From Camelus ferus (Eukaryota): a DNA stretch of 64,000 nucleotides. The notes beneath the pieces were generated by a model, which had not been told where the DNA came from, made no database searches, and was given only the letters and a program-made list of their open reading frames with translations. This document shows, piece after piece, positions 27,761-40,500 of this stretch. Position 1 is the first letter of the stretch. Each line of letters starts with the position of its first letter. Made by a program: the position numbers and the translations under genes. Location of the stretch: the NCBI RefSeq assembly GCF_009834535.1, contig NC_045696.1, positions 82,710,001 to 82,774,000 on the forward strand. Reading direction: 5' to 3'.

Positions 27761-30564
27761 CAAGAATCCAGAAGATTCTAGTTCTTGTCTGGATTCTGCC
27801 ACTTCTTATTTCTGTTTTAGATGTCATTAATTTTTTGGAATTTTTCATTTTTAATTGTGAAATTTATCTTTTCTGTCACACAGGCTTGGGGTAGTCAATG
27901 TTGAGAAAATCAATTGAATTAATATGTTTTAGATATTGATCTATATCTGGTACACATTAATCTATACAAATCTGATGTACTTATTATATAATATTCTACT
28001 ATAATTATATGAAGGCACACAATAGCCTGAGTTTCTTTATTACCTTGACAATGCTTCACTTAAAACACTTAGTATCCTAATTCTGATTTAAATTTCTTTT
28101 ATGCCACTAATGTACAAGTGTTTTGAGTAATGCTGAATTAATATATTTACTTGAAAGGAATGGAAGGAGTAGCAATTTAACTACATACATTTATAAAAGA
28201 AAAATCTTTTACCATACTGGAGTATATTGTTTGAAGTCAAAATACATTTTTCTTTTTATCTTTGTTTGCAACTAATGTGTATCCAGGTAGAGAGACAGCC
28301 CCAGTCACTGTGGTTGTTACAGGGTTAAAATGCTGAGTTTAAGTAAGTCACTGGGGAGGAACAAAAGAAAAAAAATAACCTTTACACACTTTGTTAAAAC
28401 AAGAACAAAGAACCCATGGAAAGCACCAGGTGTGACATGGAAAAGATAAGGAACAAACTCTTCTGTGTACATATCACTCTAAGATTATTTAATGACTCGA
28501 AAGATGACCTCCACCGAAAGGTGTGGCAAGAAAGTGAGCATGAAACAGAACACTAATCAGGTACTTCAGCAACTCTGATTTCCAGTGGGCTGGGCCTTGG
28601 CGCTGACAGTCAACGTGTCCATTGTAACGCAAGTTTATTTCTTGCATAAGCTTACCATTATCCTGGAAGCCCTGCTCACTGGCAAGGCCCCTGCTGCCTA
28701 TTGCCCTCCATGTTTTTTCTGTCTTTCTCCTCTCCACCTTCCCTCCTCTGTACAACTCAGGTATCTGTTCTCAGACTTCTTAAGTGCTTTAGGCTTTCTC
28801 GTATTGTGATATTTTTTCCAGCCCCCACGATTAGGTAATCAATTATTAGTCCTGGCCTTGTAATTGAGATGCAAGTTATAATTCCCCTTGGCTTGCAAGA
28901 TGACTTGCTGCACCCACCTTTTCCACCTCCATATATCATGAGATTAAAGCATTAAGTGAACTCAAGTAATGTAATAAAATCTGGAATTAATTAACTACAC
29001 TGAAGATGATTATATTATGAAGTAAGTAGCTCCTTCATAGAGCACACTGTAACTGCCACAATAAATAAAGATAAAAATGCAGTTTTCAGGGGGTTTAATT
29101 TTCAAAAGAGCCTTCTCTACTTCTGTTAATATTTATTGAGTCCTATAGGTACCTATTGTATCTAACCTCATTCATCCTGATTAGAACTGTCTTTCCTTTC
29201 ACAGTAGTGTAAATTTACTGGTGACAGAATTAAAAATCCTAAGCCCCCCATCCCCACTGTAGGATCTCATTCTAATAAACATTATTGAGCATCAATTATG
29301 TACCAGAAATCCTAGCACAGTGCCTGGCACATAGGAGGGACTTCATACAAGCTTCAAAAGAGAATTTGGCTGGGAAGACAGATAACTACTAATAAAAACT
29401 GACATCTAAGATAACATTTTAAGAGTTCCAATAGAGGAAAGTGCAAAGAGATACACGAGCAGGAAAAAAGGATACTGGAGAATGTTTGCAATCAGCCCAA
29501 TAACTAAGGGCTTTCCTAATTATTTTAAATTTACATCACTGCAACAAATGCTTTCAGGGGCATCTGAATTTTTAGAGATTTGTGTAGGATGACAAGAAAT
29601 CTTCTGTGCAGTGTTGTTTCAGGTAACCTGCCACCTTCATACTCTGTGTAGCTCAGTAATATGTATGTTCAGAAAATGAAGAAAGTATTTTTGACTTCTG
29701 AGCAGCCCAGCAGCTTTCACCACCATTAATTCACATTAGATCACTTATATTTAACTTACGTTTCCATACATTTCACTGCTTGTCAATTGGCTCCAACCAG
29801 TAGAATAAGGTTGGAGGAACAGGAGCTGAGGATGCATGATTTTTTTTAAGATGTGTTGATTTGGCTGCCTTATTCTTGTAAGAACAAAAGACAAGGTAAG
29901 TCAACACTAAAATTAATCTTTTTATATTAAAACCCCAACTGAACGAGTGATGTATAGAGATATAGGGAAACAACTTAACAGAGAAAGTTGTTTTAAGAGA
30001 TCAAGGCTGTCAGTAAATACACAATTGGACTGACCATTACAAATATTTGCTGAGCTAAATATTGTACTGATTACTTGATTCATCCAATTCATTGGGAGTG
30101 GGAGAACTGGAAAATTCCTCCAAAACCTATCTCTCTTGCATGAAGGGTGATGAAATTACTTCCATTGAGCAAACATGAAAGTAACTTCATTGCTTTGGAG
30201 TCACTCGAGCTTAACATTTATATTTTTTGAAAGCAACTACATTTCTTACAGCTCTTCTCTGGAATCCTGGTGACCCTCTCTAGACAGGCAGCAGTGTCTG
30301 ATCTTATTGGAGAGACACTGAGATCCTTTTCTTCCTAAGAAAGGACTGGTCATTTGGCATTCAGTCAATACAGCAAAGAGGATAGAGAAGAAAAACCCAA
30401 AACCAAAACAAACCAATAAACAAAATCATTTAGTGGATTTAGGGCAGTGAAGTAAAACGGTGCTTTGAGAGAGAAGCACAAAGCTTCCAGTTCTCTCGAT
30501 TTTAGCAATTGGAAACAGGACATGTCTCTTTGATAATTTGAGAAAAGTAAGGAGTTAGACAGTC

Positions 30565-30770
30565 AAGACTGCAGACTCACAGCTTGTGGGCAGCTTCTGG
30601 CAGATAAAGTGTTCAGAAGGGAAAAAAAGAAATCTAGTTTGAACGTCTTAAGAGGGCCGTATGTTTTTCGTTTCACACAGACCTCACCAGTCCCTATTAT
30701 TTTACACTTGACTCTTCACATTTCTATGCTGCCTGCCCTGAACTGAGATCCCAGAGATTGCAACACCTGG
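30565..30770. mobile_element. MER102-like hAT-Charlie fragment
   Basis: ACAGACCTCACCAGTCCCTATTATTTTACAC ... GCTGCCTGCCCTG ... GATTGCAACACCTG. Confidence 0.6.
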
Positions 30771-33149
30771 TGTGAATGGCCGCTGATGCGTCTGTCGCCT
30801 CCAGTGTTCCATAGCTCTCTAGGCCCGGCCCAGAGTTAGCATGCAGTGAATGTATGTTGAACATATGAGTGACCAGTAGTGGAGATGTCTATATATCTGT
30901 TTTAAGTTGGTTCAGCTACACATTCCATGAGTGCAGTTTTCTGAGAGCACTATCAGTCTGTGTCAAATGAAGAAAAAAGAACGGCGAGGAACTTTCCTGT
31001 CCTGTGGGAAGGGGGAATGTTAAATTTTTGATGACTCTATAGATTATTGGCTTAGAATTTGTTGAATATATGGAAAATAGTTTCTTTCTTCCAAGTCTTT
31101 TGACTGGAAATCTTGAGACGTCTCTTACCCATACTTACAACTATCCTGTTATCCATGTGTTCAATTCAGCTTTCTATTTAACCTTTCCCTCACCATCATC
31201 CTCATCCTCATCAGAACAAGTTGTTCATCAAGCTGATTGGTGACATGAATTAATCAGTGTTATTTTTCATGTGACTTTTTTAGGTGTTCATAGTCTTAAA
31301 AAAAAAAATGCCTAAGTGTATTTACTTGTGTGCCACCTCTCTTCAAATAAGAAGTATTAAAGATGGAAAAATAATCTGAAAGAGCCCCCCACCTCACTGT
31401 GCTCAGGTTTTGGTTTTGTTTAAAATTAAAAAAAAAAAAAAAGGCTTTTAGACCAGTTTAGTAGAATCTTGGTTGATTCTAAAATATTACATGTTAAAAT
31501 TTCATATTCTTTCACTGCTTTCCACTTGCTCAAAAGTATTTATTCTTTCTGTAAAGATTTACCAGGTACCAATAATATGCTAATCATATGAGTTCACCAG
31601 ATTTCTTTTTCCTTTAGTTTAACAAAAATTACAAAAGAAAACATTCAGCAAGTAGGATAGGGCACGTGAAACAAGACTCCACCATTTTCACACAGTTGGT
31701 GTAGCCACCAGGACATTTCTGGTCCCTGGGCTTTGCCTTGAACGAGAAGGGCAGGCGGTGGGTGAGGGCGTGACCTTGGAGCACTGACGGTCTTCTGTTA
31801 TCTAACTTATGCTCCCTCTCAAACAGGGCTTGGTGTAAGGGTTTCTGTCTTCCTTTTCTCTTACCTGCCTTGAAGTCACAGGTACAGATTCTATATGTAC
31901 AAGTTCAGCAAGTATTACCGGAGTGCCTAGTCCCTGCCCAGCCCTGAGCCTGTTTAAAAAGGCAAAGTAGTGTAACTTGCTCCATGTTCCACATCCCAGA
32001 GCGAGCATTTTACAGCCTTCCCTGACATTTAGACAGGCATGTATTCACTAAAAAAACTCTTGTCTAACATCTCCTAGAATAACCACATTCTTCTAAACAT
32101 CATCTGGGTATTTAAACAAGCTGCCCTGATGTTGGTTCCAAGCCCTCTCTCCTTTGTGTTGCTCCCATCATACTGATTTATACTTGAAGGAAGCTGACAT
32201 AAAAGGATCCTGTGTTTGGGGTTTATAAATTTCACGGAATAGTTAGGCTGTAAATGAAGGATTAGTTCATAAGTTTCACCCTAGTATTATGCTGCATAAT
32301 ATCAACACTTTACATATACTCTACTGATCAACAGCAGTGAAAACTGTCATCAAAATTAGCGGATCTTTTGAATATCAGAAGCATCTTACCTCTTGGTAAT
32401 TTTGTTATATTGATTTTCCCAGAGTAATGGGGAAGAATTTAATTTTGTTTAAAATATGAATAATGTTCACACCTGCAAGCCATTATTCTGCCTCCTTAAA
32501 TTTCAGGGCCTCAGTCACATCATCTTACATTTCATTGCTTTGTTTGGGGATGGTGCTGAAAAAGTAAAATCATAGGACGTGCCACTATTGTTGATTCTAA
32601 GTGAAAAGCCATAGGCTATCAACACTGCTAGTGCTTATTTTCTGTGTGATGATAAAAAAAATAAAAGACATCGTTACCCTCAACTTTCCCTGGGGGGGGC
32701 TGGGTGGCTTCTTACTTCACTTGATTATGAGTCATATGTTTTTATTCGATTCAGAACTCTGTATTCCTGTAATCACTTTGTCAGCTTTAAGAGGGGAAGG
32801 AAAATGTTCTGATCGGAAGAAAAATAAATTCTCTTCGGGCTGGGCATAATGTAGTCAGACACTCACCTGTGCAGCTGTTTCAGTTTCAGAGACTAATCAC
32901 AACACTCTGCAGAATGAGGAGGAGATGCGTTATTATCTAACAGGATCGCACTGATGTTTAATTAATTCCACATTAACCAGCATGACGACATATTAAACAG
33001 CAGGAGAACTGGTCAAGGTAGGAATGTTGAACCCACAGAACAGCTCGAGAAATGGAGTTTAGAAACATTGCTTCAGGTAAATTCATTAACTAGTAGCAGC
33101 ATGAAAAGCAGAAGTAAAAGTTCACGTCTTAGTTTGGGCCATGTATCGA

Positions 33150-33730
33150 ACGAGGCCTTGTCAAATCACAATATAACCCAACAAGGTGTTGGAGTGGCTA
33201 TAAAAGCTAATAGAACCCTAGGCTCCCATATAGAAGTACAGTGACCTGATTTAATGGGGGTAATGCTTAGCTGCGTTGCACTCTCCTCTGGTTAGACCCT
33301 ATTTGGGTTGTTGTCTTCATTTTGGGGTAGTATGTTTTAAAGGAGATATTCATGTACTGGAGGGCTTCCAGAGAAAGGACATACAGATAGTAAGAAGAGA
33401 GGATATTTTGAGAAGAGAATGCTTAGAAGGAACAAAGGCACTAGGTTCAAGTATTTAAAGGGCCATCATGAGGTAGGCAGCATAATTAGACTTATTCATG
33501 ATTGCACAGGTGGGTATAGAATTAATTAAAACTGTGAATCTAAAAATTTTAAGGAGGCAGAGAACACTTAATAAAACTATTTTGACTGAACTGAGCTAAC
33601 TCAAAACGTTGTGCAATAGCATAACCATAGGTATTTAAACAGATGCTGCAAGACCATTTGTTTTACAAATTATTTTTCTATTTGAATGATGTATTAGAGA
33701 GGACATCATCTAAGAGCTCCTCGTTCTAAG
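33150..33730 (+). mobile_element. L3/CR1 LINE 3' region with decayed reverse-transcriptase C-terminus
   Basis: ORF 33276-33458 (LHSPLVRPYLGCCLHFG..FKGDI..LEGFQR) matches the CR1 motif LYSALVRPHLEYCVQFW..FKKDI..LERVQR; upstream AAAAGCTAAT (KAN). Confidence 0.85.
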
Positions 33731-36700
33731 ATTTCTTCTAACTTAGCATGAGCATTTTGATTATTTGATATAAATCATATTTCTTTTAAAATATAAGAGT
33801 GGAAATGCAATGTTTACTGCTTTGCATTTTCTCTAATAAAAGAGTCAAACCTGTAGTTATGACAGTGGACTTCTCTTGAACAAAGGTTATAAGCTTCATG
33901 GCAATAGCATGAAGACCAAGAGATAATGATCTTATGGAGACATAAATCTGAAAACCTCCATGAAAATGTTGAAAAATATCGTCAGCGTGCATTCAGTTGG
34001 GCTTCCATCTTAAGCGGAGCACAAACAATGGGTCCCTTAATCTTTGCAAGGCTTTTGTGAGGGACACACAGCTTTGTTGGGCATGCGGGGAGCCAGGCGT
34101 TTGTGGAGTAGAAAGGAAGGTGAAAAGAGGTGGAAGGAATGAAGAGTCAGCAGGTTTGTGACATTTGAAATACACATCCATATTCATATTGCAAGCTTTC
34201 TCTCGCCCATGTTTTAAGAAAAAAATATGATTTAGTTTATCTTTGCATATAATTTTTTTAGGGGGGATAGAGAGTGGGAGACCAAATATATTAGCATCAG
34301 GACTCAAGGTGCATTACCCAGAAAAAAATGTGTAGCTACACTGATGAATACACATGTTGAATGAAAATACGGGGATCAAAACTCCTATAGTGGCTCAGCA
34401 CTATGCTGGTAAATTTGAAATCGGGGTGTTGATTCAGCCCTCTATGCATCAGACTCTGATTCGTGAGGACTTTGAGATGAGCTCTGGTTTGATCAGGTTA
34501 AACTTTACTTTGAAAGACCTTAAATGATCTGCCCAAGGTCATGCTGCTAGTAAGTAGCACAGTGGTCACTCAGACCCCAATCCAGGGATGTAATCCTATA
34601 CTCCATGCCTAATTCTCCGCTTAATTTGATCTCAAGAACATTTTGATCCTGGAGGAATCCGAGGAGGAAGAGATATCAGCCACAGCCTGGGTGGGGAGAA
34701 AAACCCTGAGAAGCCCGGTGTGGGTGTGTGCTGGGTCGGGAGCTGCAGCCCCACGTCACCTCTCTGCCTCAGTTTGGGGACAGGTTTACAGTCGCTCTTC
34801 ACACTGGGAGAGCTGCTTCTCGAACCACTACCCATCTGTCTGCAATAAACAGGCCTCTCGAGTGTGATGTCTTGGGTCCTAATCCTTGAGTAATGATTAT
34901 AGGTGGAAAGTGTCTCTGAGGCAATTCCTACTGAGCACTGGGAGTCCTAGAAAGGATCTATTTATTAAAAATCAGCCAACAGCAATTTTCTCTTCAACTG
35001 TCTTCTTTGAGTCTTTACTTCTGAAATATTCATGAAACCTGCAGTGATTTCAAATTAAAGATCTCCACAAGATGAGTTGTTCCCGGAATCTTACATCTAG
35101 GGTGGTATTTGGATTTGTTTCCAAGTTTCCCCTGTGATAGTTTAAAATCCCTCTGCAAAGCTTGTATTGCTTTCATTTACTGAAAATGAACAGTGCTGAG
35201 CCGGGCCCTGAGGATATTAAAACCCCATTATAGTTCACTTCCTGAAACCATGGATTTGGTTATCCTACAGGTAAAATCACTTCCCTGTGTGTACAGGGAA
35301 GTGTAGTGTTTCCTTCTCAGCACAGCTGCAATGTCTCTAATGTAGTGCCTTTACCAAGTGTTTGTTGACTGAATAAATATATTCGGATAATTCCATGCCC
35401 CAAGTCTTCTTGTTTTGATTGACTTTGGTTCTTAGAAGAGAGATGGAATCTATGTGAAATATTCTGTACCACGTAACTTTAAATCATTATGGTCCCTTAG
35501 GGCCAAATTCAGTCTTTGATTTTAATTAAGTACTAACGTAATTACATTAAGTACTAAAATAATAGTTAAGAGACATAGAAAGAGAGAAACATTTTATATT
35601 TTTCATACAGGTAATATTTAAAATAATGTATATTCAAGAAGGATTTTGATATCTATTTCCATCCCATTGTACTCTGTAAAGTGGATGATGTATAAGTACG
35701 GATACAATGAGGTTAATCCACTCCTTAAATAAAAGACGTTTTTTATAACACACAGATTTTTCCAAGAAGGAAATTGGTTCTTCACCCACCCTCTAAATTG
35801 CTCTTTATTAAAAGGAAAAGTGTTTGTTCAGTTTTATTTCTCTCACTGCTGGATAACAGTATGGCCGTGGATGAGGTATAATCAGGTTTTATGGGTGATG
35901 TTCTCACAAGAGGAGTGGTTTAGAAGTGAACGAGTTACCCAATGGCATTGAGGCTCTCACTGTGTCATATTAGACACTCATCTTACTCTGTTTCTGTTTG
36001 TGGTTTCAAATCATAAGGAACTTGTGTAAAATTTGTTTCAAGCATTTGAGATGATAATGAGCCTTTCAAACATGTAGTTGAAATTCTTCTGAGGGTTTGT
36101 GCATTTGTCACAGGAAAGAATTCCAATGGCAACTTCTCAGCCTTGTAGCTCTCTGACTTTGTTTTTCTGAGGTATTCCTTCCTCTTAAGCTAGTCAGTCA
36201 AGCTTGTCATAAAAGTTAACACTGAGAAGTCAAAAACTGATTTTTTTTAAGTATGAGTACCAACGACATTTGAGTCATAAAAGAGACACCTCAAGTTGAA
36301 CTGTGGGGTAAGTTCTCCATCATCTCAATGCTATTGCTTCTGTTAAAACAAACAAACAAACAAAAAAAACAATTGCAACAAACCAAGGCAAAACAACTTT
36401 ATATGTTCAGTAGGAGTTCTAATTGCAAAGATTTCCTCTGACGTGAGTGTTAATGAATGTCAAAGCAATAACATAAAAAGACAGTACTAGTTTAATGATT
36501 GATAGAATAAGAAAAACACAAGGTCTTTTGTCAGATAAATGACTACTGTTTGGTGTTCCTTTACTTCAGAAATATCAAAAGTGATCTCAAGATAGGTAAT
36601 AATGGCCCAGGAGCAAGGCAGCAAGTCATAATATAGCCTGTTATAAAATAACCAAAGCTAATTAGTGTGTTTTAGTGTACTTATTTTCTCACTTGGCAAC

Positions 36701-36894
36701 TCTGACATTACTTCAGCTTTTTGAGTTTGTTTGGATTCTTTGTAGAAACTTTCTATTTCTGAAGACTTTAAATAAACATATAAAGTTTTATGTGATTGGC
36801 TTTGTACATCTACAGTCTAATGTATCACCAAGGAAAATTTAAATATTGCTCTAAGTTGTTTGAAGAGTACAGTTAGTTGGGTTTGGTTTTATAC

Positions 36895-37130
36895 AGATGA
36901 TGCTGTGACACAAATCTGTAAGATGATATTTCAGCAGTCACGTCCAACAATCGCAAAGTAATGGTCATCAATTAGTTTCGTTTTAGCAATAGTTTAAACC
37001 GATAGTGTGTCCAATATTTGCTTTGACATGCTCTTAGCATGCTGAAAGAATTAATAATGACACATACTCTTCAAAAGTTGATTCAAATCAACTTTTGCTT
37101 CATGTGTTAAGCATGAGAAGCTTTGTAGAC
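36895..37130. repeat. Ancient palindromic element, MER121-like (family name tentative)
   Basis: Perfect 12-bp inverted repeat CAAAAGTTGATT-ca-AATCAACTTTTG (37072-37097), flanking ACACAT/ATGTGT and CATGCT/AGCATG arms, several retained CpGs in AT-rich DNA; family assigned from recollection only. Confidence 0.55.
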
Positions 37131-38550
37131 TAGTTCTCATGTTTATTTCAGGAAAATTTCAAAAGTGTTAAGTTGATTCTTGTTACTTCCTTTCCCTCAC
37201 TTCTCTATGACTCTCAATTCATTATTTGCTTATAAATCAAGTCATTTTTTGCTCCTTGTAACCAACTCTAGGAAAAGCTGGTGAACAATACCAGAATGAG
37301 TTTTAGGGAAACTAGGCGTGGATTTCAATGGCAAACACTGCCAATATGGCTAATTGCTATTTGCTCAGAATATCACGTGCCTTCTGATGGTCTACAAAGA
37401 ACTTGCATAGATGTAATCTTGCTGGCAAATCCACATCTGATACAAAGGAGTCTTGGCTTCCTAAGGCCCAAACTTACTGCAGCTGCTAGGGCCACGAGAA
37501 GTGCAGCTCTCCTCTGCCTTCCAGCCTGCCATCAGAAATATTTCCTTGGCATTCTTACTCTCACTCCTGCTCACTCTCTTCTCCAGGGATCTGGAAGTGT
37601 TGCAGACACCCCTGGTCAGTCCTGTTGATTCTCTCATGTCCTGCCTGCCAACTTAACCTGAGATCATTGCTGTGAGCAAGGGGATAATAACTTCCGGGTC
37701 ACGTAGCCAGAAGAACGGGGCAAGCGACACCACATCACGCTGGGGAGAGGTCTCTGTGGGTCTGGATGGAGAAGCGACTGAGAACGGCAGGGCTCGGGTT
37801 TCATTTCTCCCCTCCTTCACTCTCCAGTCCTTAACTTACTGCAACCTAGTCCTGAGTGCTGAAGGCATTTTGCCTGAACAGAGTATTGTCGCATCAGGCC
37901 ACAGCAAGGTTAGTGTGGTTAGAGTGGACAAAACCAATATAGTCTATTACTATTACGTGGGAGCCAAAGGCCTGAAAAGGAACAATCTCACTTTCTTCCT
38001 CCACTACTCCATGAATGTGCTTGTGGTTGAAGTACTTATTTTCTCTTCTGTTTGTGCAATCGTTTATAAAGGTCTGTGAGAAGGTGTCCTTGCTGTTTTG
38101 CTTTGTTTGGTTTCAGTCAAGGTGGGGAGGAGCCTAGAGGGAATATCCCAGATAGAATTTATGTGGGAACTGAGCATTTATATTGACTCCAAGAAGAAAT
38201 GAAGCTTTCCCCCAGGTTTTTGGAGATAAATCACACTGATGTTCAAACATTAAAACGGAGGGAATTCTGCTAGTTTATTTTACCTTACTGCAATGTTGGT
38301 TTTAAGGTACAATGAAAACATTTTCTATAAGTAGTATGAGATCCACATGACAAAGTGGTTTTTTTATGGAATCTTAACTTTCAAGTACTATCATATTACA
38401 TTTTGAAAGTGATACCGTACTTTTTAATGCAATTTTTTCATAATTATACTTAATCCTCTGGCATATTACTGATAGCTCTTTATAACTTTAGGATAGCAGA
38501 TTCAACTTAATCCTTCTGCTAAAAATTTAAATATGTGGAAATTTGGGTAT

Positions 38551-38570
38551 GCTGCCACCAGGTGGTGGCA
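38551..38570. promoter_or_regulatory. Candidate CTCF binding site
   Basis: GCTGCCACCAGGTGGTGGCA reads CCACCAGGTGGTG on + and CCACCTGGTGGCAG on -, both near the CCASYAGRKGGCR consensus. Confidence 0.6.
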
Positions 38571-38599
38571 AATCCTTCGAGTCATGTGTTCTTGTAATT

Positions 38600-38800
38600 T
38601 AAAAGGTTTTTTTTTAAACCTTTTTAAAGAAAAGCAGTAAAAATCTTTCTTTAAATAATATCTTACTCAGAAGCCCAAATATAAAATAGATAAAATTCAG
38701 CTAAGTTACTGTGGTGGAAATGGGCTAGGAGTTTCAAAACCCTGTGTCTCTTTTCTCTGATGATCTCCGAGGACCCACAGGAACATAGCTGGAAAATTAC
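38600..38800. mobile_element. MER117-like hAT-Charlie element
   Basis: ATCTTACTCAGAAGCCCAAATATAAAATAGATAAAA ... GGAACATAGCTGGAAAA. Confidence 0.6.
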
Positions 38801-39790
38801 CAATTTCGTTATTAATGTGCACATTTTACCTGGCAATCAGATACAAAGCATTTTAAAATTTAAAAAATGACTAAACTACTAAAACGATAATCTTCTAGGC
38901 AGGAAGCAGAATCTAGGAAAGCACTTTTTTAGAGCCAAGGGAGAGGAAAGATCCTTCGTTAGGGTCCAGTATGGTATGGTGAGAGGACAGACGCGAGCAA
39001 GAGCATAAATAGAAGCCAGACTGCTGGGAGCCCTGTCCAAACAGACCAAGCTGTATTTGGCCAGAGTCAGGACACACAGGAGACTCTGGAAGAAGGAGGG
39101 GGCAGAGGGTGTGATCCTCCTGAGAGTCAAAGATGGTTTGAGCTTCTTCACATTTTTAGATTCACTATTGTCCAGTTAATTAATTAGTCCCAAAGCTGGA
39201 GCCTGGGAGCCTAAGTGGGAGGTCACCATCCTCCAGACTGTCAAGCCCTGGGCAGTCTTCTTTCTGTTTTTCTAGTATCTTCTGTCTCAGGTGACTAGAG
39301 AAGGCAGCCAGAGAAAAAGCTGCACACCCCCCTGCTTGCCCACTCCACGTGACGGGTCTCCGGGCTACTGCTGCTGCTCCTTTTGGGCCAAGTGTTGACC
39401 ATCATTTCTGCTTTGTGACTGCACACCAGTTGATCACTATCTTAGTTAAAAAACAATGTTTTTTCGGTCTTTACCTATCTTTACCTAGAAACACATGCCT
39501 GCAGAAATTGCAAACTCTCCCAGAAACTATTTCTCTAAAAGTATTATTTTCTCTCAGAATATCTTTAAATATAGAATCTAATACAATCTTTGAACAGAGA
39601 AGTAGATAAGGTAAGTATAGTAGTATAACTATCCTATAATACAGGAAACCGACATTGTGGGATGGTTGAATGGGAATTAAAAAGCACCAACCAAACAAAC
39701 AAAAACCCCAAGAAACAGTTAATGATAAACCAGTAAAACAACAAGGGTGTATTACTGGGGCTGCTCTAAGTTACATAGTTGCTCTAAGAA

Positions 39791-39791
<1 letters not shown>

Positions 39792-39824
<33 letters not shown>
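39792..39824. repeat. (TG)n microsatellite
   Basis: Perfect (TG)16. Confidence 0.95.
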
Positions 39825-39826
<2 letters not shown>

Positions 39827-39871
39827 ATGCATATCTATGTATAGATAGATAGACTGGTAGTTCATAAGGTG

Positions 39872-40500
39872 TCAGTTCATTGATTCAACAAATATACACT
39901 GAGTACCTACTATGTTCCAGGCACTGTTGTGGAGTCTAGACAAATTCCATGCCCTCCTGGAGTTTTTTAGTGGGAGAGAAGACAATGAACACAAAAATGA
40001 GTCAATATGTAATGCTTGGTAAGGACAGCTGCTATAAAGAGAAACGAAGATAAGCGTGGGGACAGAGGGTAAAGGAGGAAGGAGGGGTGGCATGCAGAGG
40101 AGTTCGTACTCAAGAGAAGGGGCAAGAATAGCCCCTCTGAGGGGGCATTTGAGCAGAGAGCTGAAGGCAGTGACAGAACGAGCTGTGTGATAGTTGTCGG
40201 AAAAACGTTCTAGACTGAGGGAGGAACAGTAAAGGTAAAGAGCCCGAGGACGGAACAAGCTTATTGTTCGAAGAACCAGTGACCAGTCACTCCAGGCTGG
40301 AGTGAAAGAATGTGGGAAGAGTAGTGAGGGAGGAGGTAGGGCCTCAAAGGCCATGGTGAAGAGTCTGGACTGAGTGTGATGTAAGGACAGGGCAAGACTT
40401 CAACTGCTGTGTGGAAATAGACTGCAGGGAAGCCTGGACAAGAGAGTCGGGAGCCTTCCCTGGAATTCCAGGAGACTGTTGATGGTGGCTTGGACTAGAA
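39872..40500 (-). mobile_element. L2 LINE 3' end (L2a-like)
   Basis: TTCATTGATTCAACAAATATACACTGAGTACCTACTATGTTCCAGGCACTGTT ... GCCCTCCTGGAGTTT ... GATGGTGGCTTGGACTAG. Confidence 0.9.

Noticed and set aside
29645..29665. GTAGCTCAGT, resembling a tRNA/SINE A-box
   Set aside because: No B-box or cloverleaf follows
33276..33458. ORF with recognisable protein motifs
   Set aside because: Decayed CR1/L3 reverse-transcriptase fragment, not a host gene
35595..35616. TTTTTCATACAG|GTAATA and similar AG|GT sites (about 16825, 29622, 45739) as recursive splice sites
   Set aside because: Such motifs are common by chance in AT-rich DNA and the donors are suboptimal
39872..40354. 160-aa minus-strand ORF
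   Set aside because: Lies wholly within an L2 3' end; chance open frame
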